Origin: Candidatus Hydrogenedentota bacterium
GTDB taxonomy: Bacteria > Hydrogenedentota > Hydrogenedentia > Hydrogenedentales > GCA-2746185
Direction of reading: 5' to 3'
DNA: 64,000 nucleotides
Assembly (NCBI GenBank): GCA_046583315.1
Contig: JAYGCN010000288.1
Coordinates: forward strand, 24,807 to 88,806
A program made the translations under genes and the position numbers. This document shows positions 38,887 through 48,303 of this stretch, in pieces (position 1 is the stretch's first letter; each line of letters starts with the position of its first letter). The notes beneath the pieces were generated by a model, which saw only the letters and a list, made by a program, of their open reading frames with translations, was not told the origin of the DNA and did no database searches.

Positions 38887-40578
38887 TCAGGCCATTTTAG
38901 CGGCGGCGGCTTCCTGGAGCCCGTATTCTTCGATACCCATGTCGCGCAGCTTGAATTTCTGGATTTTTCCGGTGACGGTCAGGGGGAATTCCTGGAGTAG
39001 CGTGACGTAGTGCGGAATTTTGTAATGGGCGATTTTTTCTTTACAGAAGGCCTTGATGTCGTCGGAGGTTAGGGTCGAGCCGGGCGTTGGGATGATCCAC
39101 GCGCAGACTTGCTCGCCGAATTTCATGTCGGGCAGGCCAGCAACCTGCACCTCGAGAATGTCCGGATGACTCAACAGAAAGTTTTCGATTTCGGCGGGGT
39201 AGACGTTTTCGCCGCCACGGATGATCATGTCCTTGATGCGACCGGTGATCTTGTAGAAGTGATCCGGTGTTTCCGTCGCGAGGTCACCCGTGCGCAACCA
39301 GCCGTCCGGCGTGATCGTATTCGCCGTCGCTTCAGGATTGTTGTAGTAGCCGAGCATAATGTTGTGACCGCGTGCCCAGAATTCGCCCTGTTCGCCCAAG
39401 GGAACATCTTCCAGCGTATCGGGATCGACGATGCGGCATTCGACACCGGGTATGGCTGAGCCGACGGTCGTCACGCGTTGTTCCAGGGAGTCGCTTGATT
39501 TGGCTTGCGTGATGATGGGAGAGGTTTCCGTCTGGCCGAATCCGATTGTCACTTCGTCCATGTGCATGTCCGTGCCGACTTGCTTCATCAGTTCGATGGG
39601 GCATGGACTTCCCGCCATCATGCCGGTACGAAGAGTGGAGGTGTTGTACTGGCTGAAATTTGGATGATTCACCTGCGCGCTGAACATGGTCGGCACGCCG
39701 TAGAGCACCGTGCATTTTTCTTTGGTGATCGCGTCGAGCGTTGCTTCTGGTTCAAAGGAATCAGCAGGAATAACCATCGCGGAGCCGTACAACGCACAGG
39801 TCAAGGTCCCGATGACGCAGCCGAAACAGTGATAAAACGGAACAGGGATGCAGACGCGCTCGTGGTCGGTGAATTTTTGACCTTCGCCACAGTAGAAGGC
39901 GTTCATTAACAAGTTGCGGTGGGACAGCATAGCCCCTTTCGGAGCGCCGGTGGTGCCGGAGGTGTATTGCATGTTGACCGGGTCGCTGAATGTGACGGAC
40001 TGCGCCGCTTCTATCACGGACTGATCGGTAGCCCCTTCGGCCTTCGCGATGAACGCGTCCCACGAGCCAATACCTTGCGGTAGTGAGACGTTTTTGAGAC
40101 AGACGACATGGCGCAGTTTCGGGTACTCGGCGCTCTGGAGTGGCGTATCCCATGGAGCATCGTTTACTTCCGGGATGGAATTGCTCACGATCTCCAGATA
40201 GTCTGAAGTTTTATAGGTATCCGTAATAAGCAGCATTGAAAGGTCGGCCTGTTTCAGGATGTAGGCCAATTCGTGTTGGCGGTAGGCGGGGTTGACGTTG
40301 ACCAGCACCGCGCCGATGTAGGCTGTGCTGAACTGCGCGAGAATCCACTCCGGCCAGTTCGTGCTCCAGATGCCGATGTGGTGGCCCTTCTTCACACCCA
40401 GGGCTTGCAACGCGCGAGCCATCTCATAACATTTTGTCTGAAACTCGGCATAGGACCAGCGAAGATCGAGCTGGGGAAATACCACCGCGTCGTTATCCGG
40501 ATGATCCGCTACCGTTTTTGATACCACTTCGTGAAAGGTAAGGCCGTCGACCCAGGGAGTCTGCACTTCGTTATTCAT
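38887..40578 (-). CDS. Acyl-CoA synthetase (ACSF2/YngI-like AMP-binding protein)
   Basis: QYTSGTTGAPKG, PVPFYHCFG, GQTETSP, GRIKDMIIRGGEN and TVTGKIQKF motifs. Confidence 0.9.
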   Translation of the reverse strand: MNNEVQTPWVDGLTFHEVVSKTVADHPDNDAVVFPQLDLRWSYAEFQTKCYEMARALQALGVKKGHHIGIWSTNWPEWILAQFSTAYIGAVLVNVNPAYRQHELAYILKQADLSMLLITDTYKTSDYLEIVSNSIPEVNDAPWDTPLQSAEYPKLRHVVCLKNVSLPQGIGSWDAFIAKAEGATDQSVIEAAQSVTFSDPVNMQYTSGTTGAPKGAMLSHRNLLMNAFYCGEGQKFTDHERVCIPVPFYHCFGCVIGTLTCALYGSAMVIPADSFEPEATLDAITKEKCTVLYGVPTMFSAQVNHPNFSQYNTSTLRTGMMAGSPCPIELMKQVGTDMHMDEVTIGFGQTETSPIITQAKSSDSLEQRVTTVGSAIPGVECRIVDPDTLEDVPLGEQGEFWARGHNIMLGYYNNPEATANTITPDGWLRTGDLATETPDHFYKITGRIKDMIIRGGENVYPAEIENFLLSHPDILEVQVAGLPDMKFGEQVCAWIIPTPGSTLTSDDIKAFCKEKIAHYKIPHYVTLLQEFPLTVTGKIQKFKLRDMGIEEYGLQEAAAAKMA

Positions 40579-40592
40579 CGGTATATTTTTTC

Positions 40593-41555
40593 CTAGTAAA
40601 GATTGCGCTTTTTGTCTTTGTACATATCGGCGACCTGTTCGCCGTATCCGTTGTAGAATTCGGTGGGTTTGTCTTTCATCGAGGTACCCAGATATTGCTC
40701 TTTGGCCTGCGACCAGCGCGGATGCGGTACTTCGGGGTCAACGTTCGAGTAGAATTTGTACTCGTCGCGAATCGCCGTGTTCCAATACGTCGGCGGTTGC
40801 TTGTCGGTGAAGGTCATTTGCACGATGGACTTTGGCCCCTTGTAGCCATATTTCCACGGTGTGATGATGCGAAGTGGCGTGCCGGACTGAGGCAGGAGTC
40901 GTTTGCCGTAGTAGCCGGTGCTGATGAGTGTGAGGTCGTTCATTGCCTCGTCAAGGCGCAATCCCTCAAAATACGGCCAGCGGTAGCGCGTGTCCCTTTG
41001 ACCGATCGCGATATCGGGGGCGTAGAAACATTTGAAGGCCACGTACTTCGCGTCATTGGTCGGTTTGGCTTGTTCGATAAGTTTACGAAGCGGAACACCG
41101 ACCCACGGAACGGTCATCGACCAGGCTTCCACACATCGGAACCGGTAGACACGTTCTTCGAGGCCGAGTTTTTCAATCTGATCGAGATCAACGTCGCCGG
41201 GATTTTCGCATAAGCCGTCGATTTTCAATGCGTAGGGGTCAAGCTTGAAATTTTGTGCATTCTTGATCGGATCGGTCTTGCTGAATCCGAATTCGTAGAA
41301 GTTGTTGTAGCCCTGCACCAGATTTTGTTTGGTGATTTCACGTCCCGCATCGGTAAAATCGGCATTCTTGGTGAACGCGGGTAATGGTGGCATGTTTTCG
41401 TTGATGACTTCAGCGCGGCAATTGGGCAAGGTACCGATCATCAATCCGCCGATGCCCATGGTCTTCAAAAAAGACCGTCGATTGACGAGCATACTCTCGG
41501 GCGTGACTTCGTGCTCGGGCAGTTTCCAGCTTGGTGGGAAGTGGAAGGCAGTCAT
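40593..41555 (-). CDS. msrP: Protein-methionine-sulfoxide reductase catalytic subunit MsrP (Tat, molybdopterin)
   Basis: NRRSFLK Tat motif, YNNFYEFG, RFRCVEAWSM, PWKYGYK and HPRWSQA; start placed at ATG 41555 (GGAG RBS). Confidence 0.93.
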   Translation of the reverse strand: MTAFHFPPSWKLPEHEVTPESMLVNRRSFLKTMGIGGLMIGTLPNCRAEVINENMPPLPAFTKNADFTDAGREITKQNLVQGYNNFYEFGFSKTDPIKNAQNFKLDPYALKIDGLCENPGDVDLDQIEKLGLEERVYRFRCVEAWSMTVPWVGVPLRKLIEQAKPTNDAKYVAFKCFYAPDIAIGQRDTRYRWPYFEGLRLDEAMNDLTLISTGYYGKRLLPQSGTPLRIITPWKYGYKGPKSIVQMTFTDKQPPTYWNTAIRDEYKFYSNVDPEVPHPRWSQAKEQYLGTSMKDKPTEFYNGYGEQVADMYKDKKRNLY

Positions 41556-41751
41556 GGTTGTACTCCTGTGTATTTTCCGGATGCTGAGGGTATCACAATG
41601 TCCCTCCGCGGAAACGTATCCAGATAGTATTATTTCACATTCCTGCTTTCGGCTCAACGGGGATTATTGAATTACGGGTTAATGGCAATTTTCGCTTACT
41701 GCTGATATACTGACTAACGATCGCGAGCTGTATTTAGGGAGTATTTCCGTC

Positions 41752-42387
41752 ATGTCTGAAGTCCAGAGGCCACAAGTTTTGATCGTGGATGATTCATCAC
41801 TCGCCCGGCAGATAACGGAAAAACAGCTGGATTCGTTGGATGTGGAGGTGTTGACGGCGACCAGTGGCGAGGAGGCGGTTGAGGTCTTCAGGGGCCGGGA
41901 TCTCGCGATTATATTGATGGATGTAGTCATGGGAGGCATCGATGGTTTCGAAACTGCCCGGCGCATTCGTGATTTGGATCATCCCAACAACAGCGTGCCC
42001 ATTATTTTCCTCACAGCATCACTGACCGACTCCGAGAACGTGTTCAGGGGCTACGAATCCGGCGCGGTGGATTATTTGCTGAAATCCGTAGACGTGAAGC
42101 CCTTGTGCAGCAAGGTAGGTGTCTTTTGTCAGCTTCATGCGCAACGAGCGGAGATCATTGAAAAGAACCGCGAGTTGGAAACGTACATTGAAGAAATCAA
42201 TCAGCTGCGTGGGCTAGTTCCGATTTGCGCGCAGTGTAAAAATGTGCGTGACGACGAAGGATTTTGGCATTCGGTCGAACACTATTTTACGAGCAACTCG
42301 GACACGGAATTCAGCCATTCGATTTGTCCCGATTGTAGGGAGGAGTTGTATCCGGGAGTGGGTAAGAATAGAAAGGGGATCCAGTAG
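41752..42387 (+). CDS. Response regulator with C-terminal CxxC...CxxC putative Zn-binding module
   Basis: LIVDD, LMDVVM and IFLTA receiver motifs; PICAQCKNVRDDEGFW...FSHSICPDC. Confidence 0.9.
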   Translation: MSEVQRPQVLIVDDSSLARQITEKQLDSLDVEVLTATSGEEAVEVFRGRDLAIILMDVVMGGIDGFETARRIRDLDHPNNSVPIIFLTASLTDSENVFRGYESGAVDYLLKSVDVKPLCSKVGVFCQLHAQRAEIIEKNRELETYIEEINQLRGLVPICAQCKNVRDDEGFWHSVEHYFTSNSDTEFSHSICPDCREELYPGVGKNRKGIQ

Positions 42388-42391
42388 AAAC

Positions 42392-42745
42392 ATGTCCACC
42401 CCCCCGGTAAATACCGATCGACTAATCGAATCGTTTGGAGCGGACTTTAAGTTCTTGAACGATATCTATACGGCCTATCTCGTCGATTCCGGTGAGCGCA
42501 TCAAGTTATTGAAAGGTCATGTCGCGGCCGAACAGGTCGACGCCTGCGGTCATTCGGCCCATGCGCTCAAGGGGGCGAGTGTCAATATCGGTGCGGACAC
42601 ACTGGCCACGCTCGCAGGCGAGCTGGAGTTGATGGCTCGATCGGGGGATCTGTCGAAGGGTCCGGCGATGATGAACGAAATTACGCCTGAGTTCGAATCC
42701 GTGCGTACATTTTTAATCGGATACCTCGACTCGATTAGACCCTGA
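42392..42745 (+). CDS. Stand-alone Hpt (histidine phosphotransfer) protein
   Basis: AHALKGASVNIGA motif; ATG 42392 lies 4 bp after the regulator stop. Confidence 0.88.
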   Translation: MSTPPVNTDRLIESFGADFKFLNDIYTAYLVDSGERIKLLKGHVAAEQVDACGHSAHALKGASVNIGADTLATLAGELELMARSGDLSKGPAMMNEITPEFESVRTFLIGYLDSIRP

Positions 42746-42799
42746 CACCCGTGTAACAATTTTGGTATCCTTGCACCCTGATTTCTTCGGGATAAATCC

Positions 42800-43528
42800 A
42801 TGGCTCAACTTAGCGTAAATCTAAATAAAATTGCCCTCATTCGCAACAGTCGGGAGGGGCATGCGCCGAATGTCGTCGATTTCGCGCTCTCCGCTATCGC
42901 TTTTGGAGCGCAGGGTATTACGGTGCATCCGCGGCCCGACGCTCGCCATATTCGGCGTGATGATGTGTTTACGTTGGGGAAGGCTATCAATGTCGAGTTC
43001 AACATTGAAGGCAATCCGATGCCCGAGTTCAACGCCTTGGTGCATGAGGTCAAGCCGGCTCAGGTGACCCTGGTTCCGGATGATCCAGCGCAACTCACGT
43101 CGGACCATGGATGGGATCTGAAAAAAGAAGGGGAAGCACTCAAGCCGATCATCCAGGCGTATCGCGATGCGGGCATCCGCGTAAGTTTGTTTATGGATCC
43201 GGTTGCGGAAGAAATTGCCAGGGCTAGAGAATGTGGCGCGGATCGTGTTGAGTTGTATACAGAAGCCTACGCCGCCGCATATGGCAGCGACGATGAAGCC
43301 GCTATATTGAAAACCTACGTGGAATCGGCACAGGCGGCGTTGGATGCCGGGCTCGGTGTCAATGCGGGCCACGATTTGAATCAGGCGAACCTAGGCCTAT
43401 TTTGCCGCGAGGTGCCTGAGGTGTTGGAGGTCTCCATCGGACACGCACTAATATCCGAGGCGTTGGTGGATGGTTGGGAGACGACCATTCGAAATTACGT
43501 CTCGATTTTGCAAGATGCGGCAGGATAA
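42800..43528 (+). CDS. pdxJ: Pyridoxine 5'-phosphate synthase
   Basis: LSVNLNKIALIRN, GITVHPRPDARHI, NAGHDL and EVSIGHALI motifs. Confidence 0.95.
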   Translation: MAQLSVNLNKIALIRNSREGHAPNVVDFALSAIAFGAQGITVHPRPDARHIRRDDVFTLGKAINVEFNIEGNPMPEFNALVHEVKPAQVTLVPDDPAQLTSDHGWDLKKEGEALKPIIQAYRDAGIRVSLFMDPVAEEIARARECGADRVELYTEAYAAAYGSDDEAAILKTYVESAQAALDAGLGVNAGHDLNQANLGLFCREVPEVLEVSIGHALISEALVDGWETTIRNYVSILQDAAG

Positions 43529-43533
43529 ATCCA

Positions 43534-43728
43534 ATGGATGCCACGCCTTCGCACCCGGACTTTGAATCGTCTGTGGGACTGTGCTCGGTTTGTCGTTACG
43601 CACGAATTGTCCGTCATCCAAGAGGTGGGTTCGATTATCGCATGTGTCAGCTCTCAGAGTCCGATTCCAATTTCAATAAATTTCCGCCGTTACCCGTGCA
43701 GATCTGTTCGGGATTCGAGGACAATTAG
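43534..43728 (+). CDS. Small four-cysteine protein (64 aa), function unknown
   Basis: GLCSVCRYA...RGG..Y..C.LS..D..F.KFPPLPVQICSGFE; ATG 5 bp after the pdxJ stop with AGGA upstream; followed by a terminator. Confidence 0.65.
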   Translation: MDATPSHPDFESSVGLCSVCRYARIVRHPRGGFDYRMCQLSESDSNFNKFPPLPVQICSGFEDN

Positions 43729-43733
43729 GCGTA

Positions 43734-43765
43734 AAAAGGCCCTGCGCGTATTGGCCGGGCCTTTT
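43734..43765. terminator. Bidirectional intrinsic terminator
   Basis: AAAAGGCCC-N14-GGGCCTTTT between convergent genes. Confidence 0.65.
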
Positions 43766-43789
43766 ACACTTTGCAATTTGTGTCGTCGA

Positions 43790-44695
43790 TTACTTGCGCA
43801 TCTCCAGCCACCATTTCATGGTGTCGGTGACCATGTCAGGGGCTTCGTGATGCGCCCAATGGCCGACTCCGGGAATCGTGACCAGCGTATAATCCTTGGT
43901 CAGATGTTCCCAAGTATCGTTGAGTCCGCCTGCCAGCAAGGCTGTGTCGGCGAGACCGTGAAACTGCAGTACCGGCATCGTTACTTTGGGAAATTCGGAC
44001 CGGGCCTCATCGTAGGGCTCCGTGGGGTAGTTGCGACGGTAATAATTCATCATGGCATCGAAGCTCGAATTTTCGAAGGCGGTTTTGTAGTAGGCCTTCA
44101 GCTCCTCATCGCCGCGGGACACCATGGAAGACAGCATTTCGGCGCTCAGCATTTTTTCAGAGCCGGGTTGCTGGAAGCGACGCGCATAGGCGGCATTTTT
44201 TTGCTGCTGCGGATTTTCCGCCAGTTCGCGGAACATGCCTACGGGGTGGGGTAGGTTTACAATGATCAATTTCTCGGTCATTTCCGGGTGGGCCATCGCA
44301 AAACTCCATGCGATCATGCCGCCCCAATCGTGTCCGACGACGATGGCACTTTCCTTTCCTTCTTTTTCGATGACCGCTTTCACGTCACCCACCAGGAACG
44401 GCATGTCATAATTCTCGCCGCCTTCGGGTTTGTCACTTTTGTTGTAACCGCGTGTATCCATTGCGGCAACGGTATACTGGTCGGACAAGCCTTCCATCTG
44501 GTCTTTCCAAGAGTACCAGAAATCCGGGAAGCCGTGGACAAATACGATAAGCGGTCCAGATCCGGCCACGGCGTAGTGAATGTTGACACCGTCGCTGTCG
44601 GCAAATCGGTGCTCCACGTGGTCCATCCAGGAATGCGCGTGAACGGTTGGCAGACAAACGAGCGCAATCAGTGCACTCAATAAAAATTTCTTCAT
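43790..44695 (-). CDS. Secreted alpha/beta hydrolase, epoxide hydrolase-like
   Basis: Signal peptide; HGFPDFW, RGYNKSDKP, GHDWGG, YARRF, NYYR and GHW motifs. Confidence 0.88.
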   Translation of the reverse strand: MKKFLLSALIALVCLPTVHAHSWMDHVEHRFADSDGVNIHYAVAGSGPLIVFVHGFPDFWYSWKDQMEGLSDQYTVAAMDTRGYNKSDKPEGGENYDMPFLVGDVKAVIEKEGKESAIVVGHDWGGMIAWSFAMAHPEMTEKLIIVNLPHPVGMFRELAENPQQQKNAAYARRFQQPGSEKMLSAEMLSSMVSRGDEELKAYYKTAFENSSFDAMMNYYRRNYPTEPYDEARSEFPKVTMPVLQFHGLADTALLAGGLNDTWEHLTKDYTLVTIPGVGHWAHHEAPDMVTDTMKWWLEMRK

Positions 44696-44791
44696 GGTGA
44701 ATACCCTTTCCTTTGGAAAATTAAAAGAGTAGAATACCGGAAGTTTGTGTGAAATTCTAGCTTCCTTACCGTTCGGAGACCTTCAGGTCAA

Positions 44792-45508
44792 TTGAGTCCC
44801 CCTATCGAAAAGCTGCCCTCGACGCTTGCCGTACTGGTTCCAGCCTATAACGCGGGCGATCTCGTCTCCGGCGTGATCAAGGGCATCGAACCCTATGTAC
44901 ACGCGATTTGGCTGGTGGATGACGGTAGCACGGACGGTTGCGCAGAGGGGCTGGAGTCCGACGTGACCCGGATTCTGACGCTTCCCGAGAACCACGGCAA
45001 GGGCTATGCACTTATACAGGGTTATGCCAAGGCGCTGGAGGATGAGGCGATTCAGTGCGTTGCCGTGCTGGATGCGGATGGACAACACGACGTAGCGGAT
45101 TTACCACGACTCTATAATACTTTCGTGGAAGCCAGCGCGGATTTTCTGATCGGCTCGCGCGATTTTACCACCGGATACGTGCCGCTTCGTAGTCGTATCG
45201 GCAATCAGGTGACGCTGGTCGTCTCCGGTTTCATGCTGGGCGCGTGGCTAAAAGATACGCAATCCGGCTACCGTCTCGTATCCCGCAACTATCTCGAGTC
45301 CGTGTTGCCAACAATCCCGGGTGGACGCTACGAGACCGAAATGGAAATGCTGGCCATGGCGGTGCGCGGTGACTTTACTCTGGTCTCCGAGCCTATCCGG
45401 ACGATCTACGAAGAGGGGAATAAATCTTCGCACTTTAAGGTCGTCCGGGATTCAATTCTCATCTACCGTAAATTGCTGAGCATCTGGTTGAAAAATCTCT
45501 TTACCTAG
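44792..45508 (+). CDS. GT2 glycosyltransferase (DPM1-like)
   Basis: VPAYN, VDDGSTD, NHGKGYA, LDADGQH and DTQSGYR motifs. Confidence 0.9.
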   Translation: MSPPIEKLPSTLAVLVPAYNAGDLVSGVIKGIEPYVHAIWLVDDGSTDGCAEGLESDVTRILTLPENHGKGYALIQGYAKALEDEAIQCVAVLDADGQHDVADLPRLYNTFVEASADFLIGSRDFTTGYVPLRSRIGNQVTLVVSGFMLGAWLKDTQSGYRLVSRNYLESVLPTIPGGRYETEMEMLAMAVRGDFTLVSEPIRTIYEEGNKSSHFKVVRDSILIYRKLLSIWLKNLFT

Positions 45509-45514
45509 AAGAGA

Positions 45515-46495
45515 CTACCACTGAACGATTGCGACGCCCCAGGTGAGTCCTGCGCCATAGGATGCGAACATCACATAATCGCCGCGCTCCAGCCGGCCCT
45601 GCTCCACCGCTTCATGCAGTGCCATCGGGATCGTCGCCGCGATGGTGTTGCCCGTCTCGTTGATGTTGATGATGGTACGTTCCAAGGGCATGTTCAGTCG
45701 GGAGCACGCGGCTTCGATGATGCGCGCGTTGGCCTGATGTGGCACGTAGACTTTGATATCGTCGATAGTCAGTCCCGTTTCTTCTAATGCTCTTTCGCCC
45801 AGCTCTGCGAGTTTGCGCACCGCACGTTTGAATAGTTCCTGACCATCCATCAAGATACGATAGGGGTGGTCATTGACATTTTCGGAAGTAATCGGGACGC
45901 GCGACCCGTCGCCCGGTGCTTCCAGGACGTGATGGCTCTCGCCGTCTGTGCCGAGTTCGATATATTTCACGCCGTGGTCGCCTTCTTCTGCCTGCAAGAT
46001 GGCCGCACCCGCACCATCCCCGAAAAGCACGGAGGTATTCCGATAGTCCCAGTCCATGAATTTGCTGGCAACCTCAGCACCCACCAGGAGGATATTCTTG
46101 TATAAACCAGTCTCGATAAACGCGTTCGCGGTCGCCAGTCCACACATATAGCCCGAGCATGCCGCGTTAATGTCGAAAGACGGGATGTGATTTGCCTTGA
46201 GCATGCCTTGCAACAGATTTGCCGATGCCGGAAACAACTGGTCGCGGGTAACCGTGCAAAAGATAAGCGCATCGATGTCCTGCGCGGTAATTCCGGCGTT
46301 CTTCAATGCCATATTCGCGGCTTCAAGCGCCAGGTGGGACGAGCCGTGTTCGTCGTTCGCGACGTGACGACGTTCGATGCCTGAGCGTTTGCGAATCCAC
46401 TCGTCATTGGTATCGCACAACTTTTCGAGGTCAGTATTGGTTCGTATTTTTTCCGGGAGAAACATTCCCGTACCGGCGATGCGCATCTTGGGCAC
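45515..46495 (-). CDS. fabH: 3-oxoacyl-ACP synthase III (copy 2)
   Basis: Cys-His-Asn triad: NAACSG, PHQAN, TGNT; LFGDGAGA. Confidence 0.92.
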   Translation of the reverse strand: MPKMRIAGTGMFLPEKIRTNTDLEKLCDTNDEWIRKRSGIERRHVANDEHGSSHLALEAANMALKNAGITAQDIDALIFCTVTRDQLFPASANLLQGMLKANHIPSFDINAACSGYMCGLATANAFIETGLYKNILLVGAEVASKFMDWDYRNTSVLFGDGAGAAILQAEEGDHGVKYIELGTDGESHHVLEAPGDGSRVPITSENVNDHPYRILMDGQELFKRAVRKLAELGERALEETGLTIDDIKVYVPHQANARIIEAACSRLNMPLERTIININETGNTIAATIPMALHEAVEQGRLERGDYVMFASYGAGLTWGVAIVQW

Positions 46496-46542
46496 AATTC
46501 AAATCTATCCTTCTCTTATAAGCTATGTTTCAATCGTAAAAG

Positions 46543-47520
46543 CTACCAGCGAATAATCGCCGATCCCCAGGTGAGCCCTGCCCCAAAGGCCGCGAACAAA
46601 ACGTAATCGCCCGTTTTGATACGCCCTTCTTCATTGGCCTGGTGTAGCGCGATGGGTATGCTCGCCGCAGTCGTATTTCCTGTTTTGTCGATAGTGATAA
46701 CGACTTTTTCCGGATCGATGCCCAAGCGCTCTCCGGCGGCCTCAATGATGCGCTTGTTCGCTTGATGCGGCACGAACAGGCTGATATCGTCAATGGTCAG
46801 GCCTGTCGCCTCGAGTGCATCGTTGACCGTTTCCACGAATTTCACGACGGCGCGTTTGAACAGCTCGGGTCCCTTCATGTAAATCGTGTAGGCTTCCTCG
46901 TCGAAATTGTCCTTCGTATAATGATTCGCCGAGCCGCCTCGCGGAAGATGCAGGACTTTATAGTTCTCACCATCGGAGCCCAGGTGCGTCGTCATCACGC
47001 CTCTGTCCCCGTTGTCGGCCTGCAACACCATCGCCCCGGCACCGTCTGCAAATAATACCGCCGTATCCCTGTTCTTCCAGGTCATGCGATTCGTCTGAAT
47101 CTCAGAGCCGATCAACAACACGTTTTTGTATTTTCCGGATTGAATAAAGGCATCCGCTGTAGCCAGACCATTGAGAAAGCCTGAGCACGCAGCGTTCAAA
47201 TCAAAGGCCGTGGCATTCGTCGCGCCTATCTTTCCCTGGAAAATAGTACTGCTTCCCGGTAGCAATTGATCGGGCGAAAGGGTACAAAATATGATGAGTT
47301 CTACGTCTTTCGCGGTGAGTCCCGCGTTGGCGAGTGCTTCCTTGGCTGCGGGCACTGCGAGGTCGGACGTGCCTTCACCCGGAGCCGCCTGATGGCGCTG
47401 TTCGATACCGGTTCGTTGACGGATCCATTCATCGTTGGTGTCGCAAATTTCTTCGAGATCTTTGTTGGTCAGAATCGATTCGGGCAAATAACTACCGGTG
47501 CCGATCACGCGCGCTTTCAT
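46543..47520 (-). CDS. fabH: 3-oxoacyl-ACP synthase III (copy 1)
   Basis: NAACSGF, PHQANKRI, GNTTAASIP and FGAGLTWG motifs. Confidence 0.93.
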   Translation of the reverse strand: MKARVIGTGSYLPESILTNKDLEEICDTNDEWIRQRTGIEQRHQAAPGEGTSDLAVPAAKEALANAGLTAKDVELIIFCTLSPDQLLPGSSTIFQGKIGATNATAFDLNAACSGFLNGLATADAFIQSGKYKNVLLIGSEIQTNRMTWKNRDTAVLFADGAGAMVLQADNGDRGVMTTHLGSDGENYKVLHLPRGGSANHYTKDNFDEEAYTIYMKGPELFKRAVVKFVETVNDALEATGLTIDDISLFVPHQANKRIIEAAGERLGIDPEKVVITIDKTGNTTAASIPIALHQANEEGRIKTGDYVLFAAFGAGLTWGSAIIRW

Positions 47521-47691
47521 GGTAAATCCCCCCCAAGATCAGTCCGCTCAACTAATACTTCAAAAGTATATTGTAATAAGGCTAACAATTCAACAAATAA
47601 GTGAAAGCCGTCACTATTCTGAGTGATCATCGTCAATTATTTGCAAAAACACCCATTATCTCCAATAAAAAAGGCAAATTTTCGGCCCTAT

Positions 47692-47721
47692 TTGACAGTT
47701 GATTTTCAATACGCATACAAT
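47692..47721 (+). promoter_or_regulatory. Putative sigma70 promoter for smg-topA
   Basis: TTGACA(47692-47697)-18 bp-TACAAT(47716-47721). Confidence 0.55.
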
Positions 47722-47771
47722 ATGGGCAATACGGGGGCTGTAACCGAGTACAATCAGGGGTTTTCACAACA

Positions 47772-48224
47772 ATGAAACCACCCATAACAAAGTTGGTTGA
47801 CAAAATTATTCGAAAACTGCAGGAGAGCGGCGGTGACCTGCCGTCAAAAGCAGGTATTCGTACCTGGCTCACACGGCAGGGCTATGCGTCCAAGGATGTG
47901 GATGCCGCCATAGAGGTCGTCGGCACTGACTGGGGCGACACGAACAGCGCGGATGCGCCGTTGCAGACACGTGTGTTGTCCGCCTATGAATCTTATTTTC
48001 TGTCTGCCGAAGCACTCGCGGCCTTGGCACGATTGGAATTGTACGGGATGATTAGTCCTACTGAACGCGAATTGATTTTGGACAAACTGGATCAGTTTGA
48101 CGGAGAGATGGATCTGAGCGCGCTGGAGTATCTTATCTCGACGCAGATTTGTGCCGGGTATGATACTGCCCATCAACAAATGATTTACCAGGTTCTCGAT
48201 GGTAGAACCGATATATTTCACTAA
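47772..48224 (+). CDS. Smg/DUF494 family protein
   Basis: LTRQGY..KDVDAAI, RVLSAYE and L.RLELYGMISPTERELILD pattern, C-terminal His; usual position upstream of topA. Confidence 0.7.
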   Translation: MKPPITKLVDKIIRKLQESGGDLPSKAGIRTWLTRQGYASKDVDAAIEVVGTDWGDTNSADAPLQTRVLSAYESYFLSAEALAALARLELYGMISPTERELILDKLDQFDGEMDLSALEYLISTQICAGYDTAHQQMIYQVLDGRTDIFH

Positions 48225-48303
48225 TTAATACTCAACGATTTGTTCGGACACCGTTCCATGACGCTTGGAATTGGTGTCGTTGTCCGTAAGGGAGTAATAC
48301 GAA

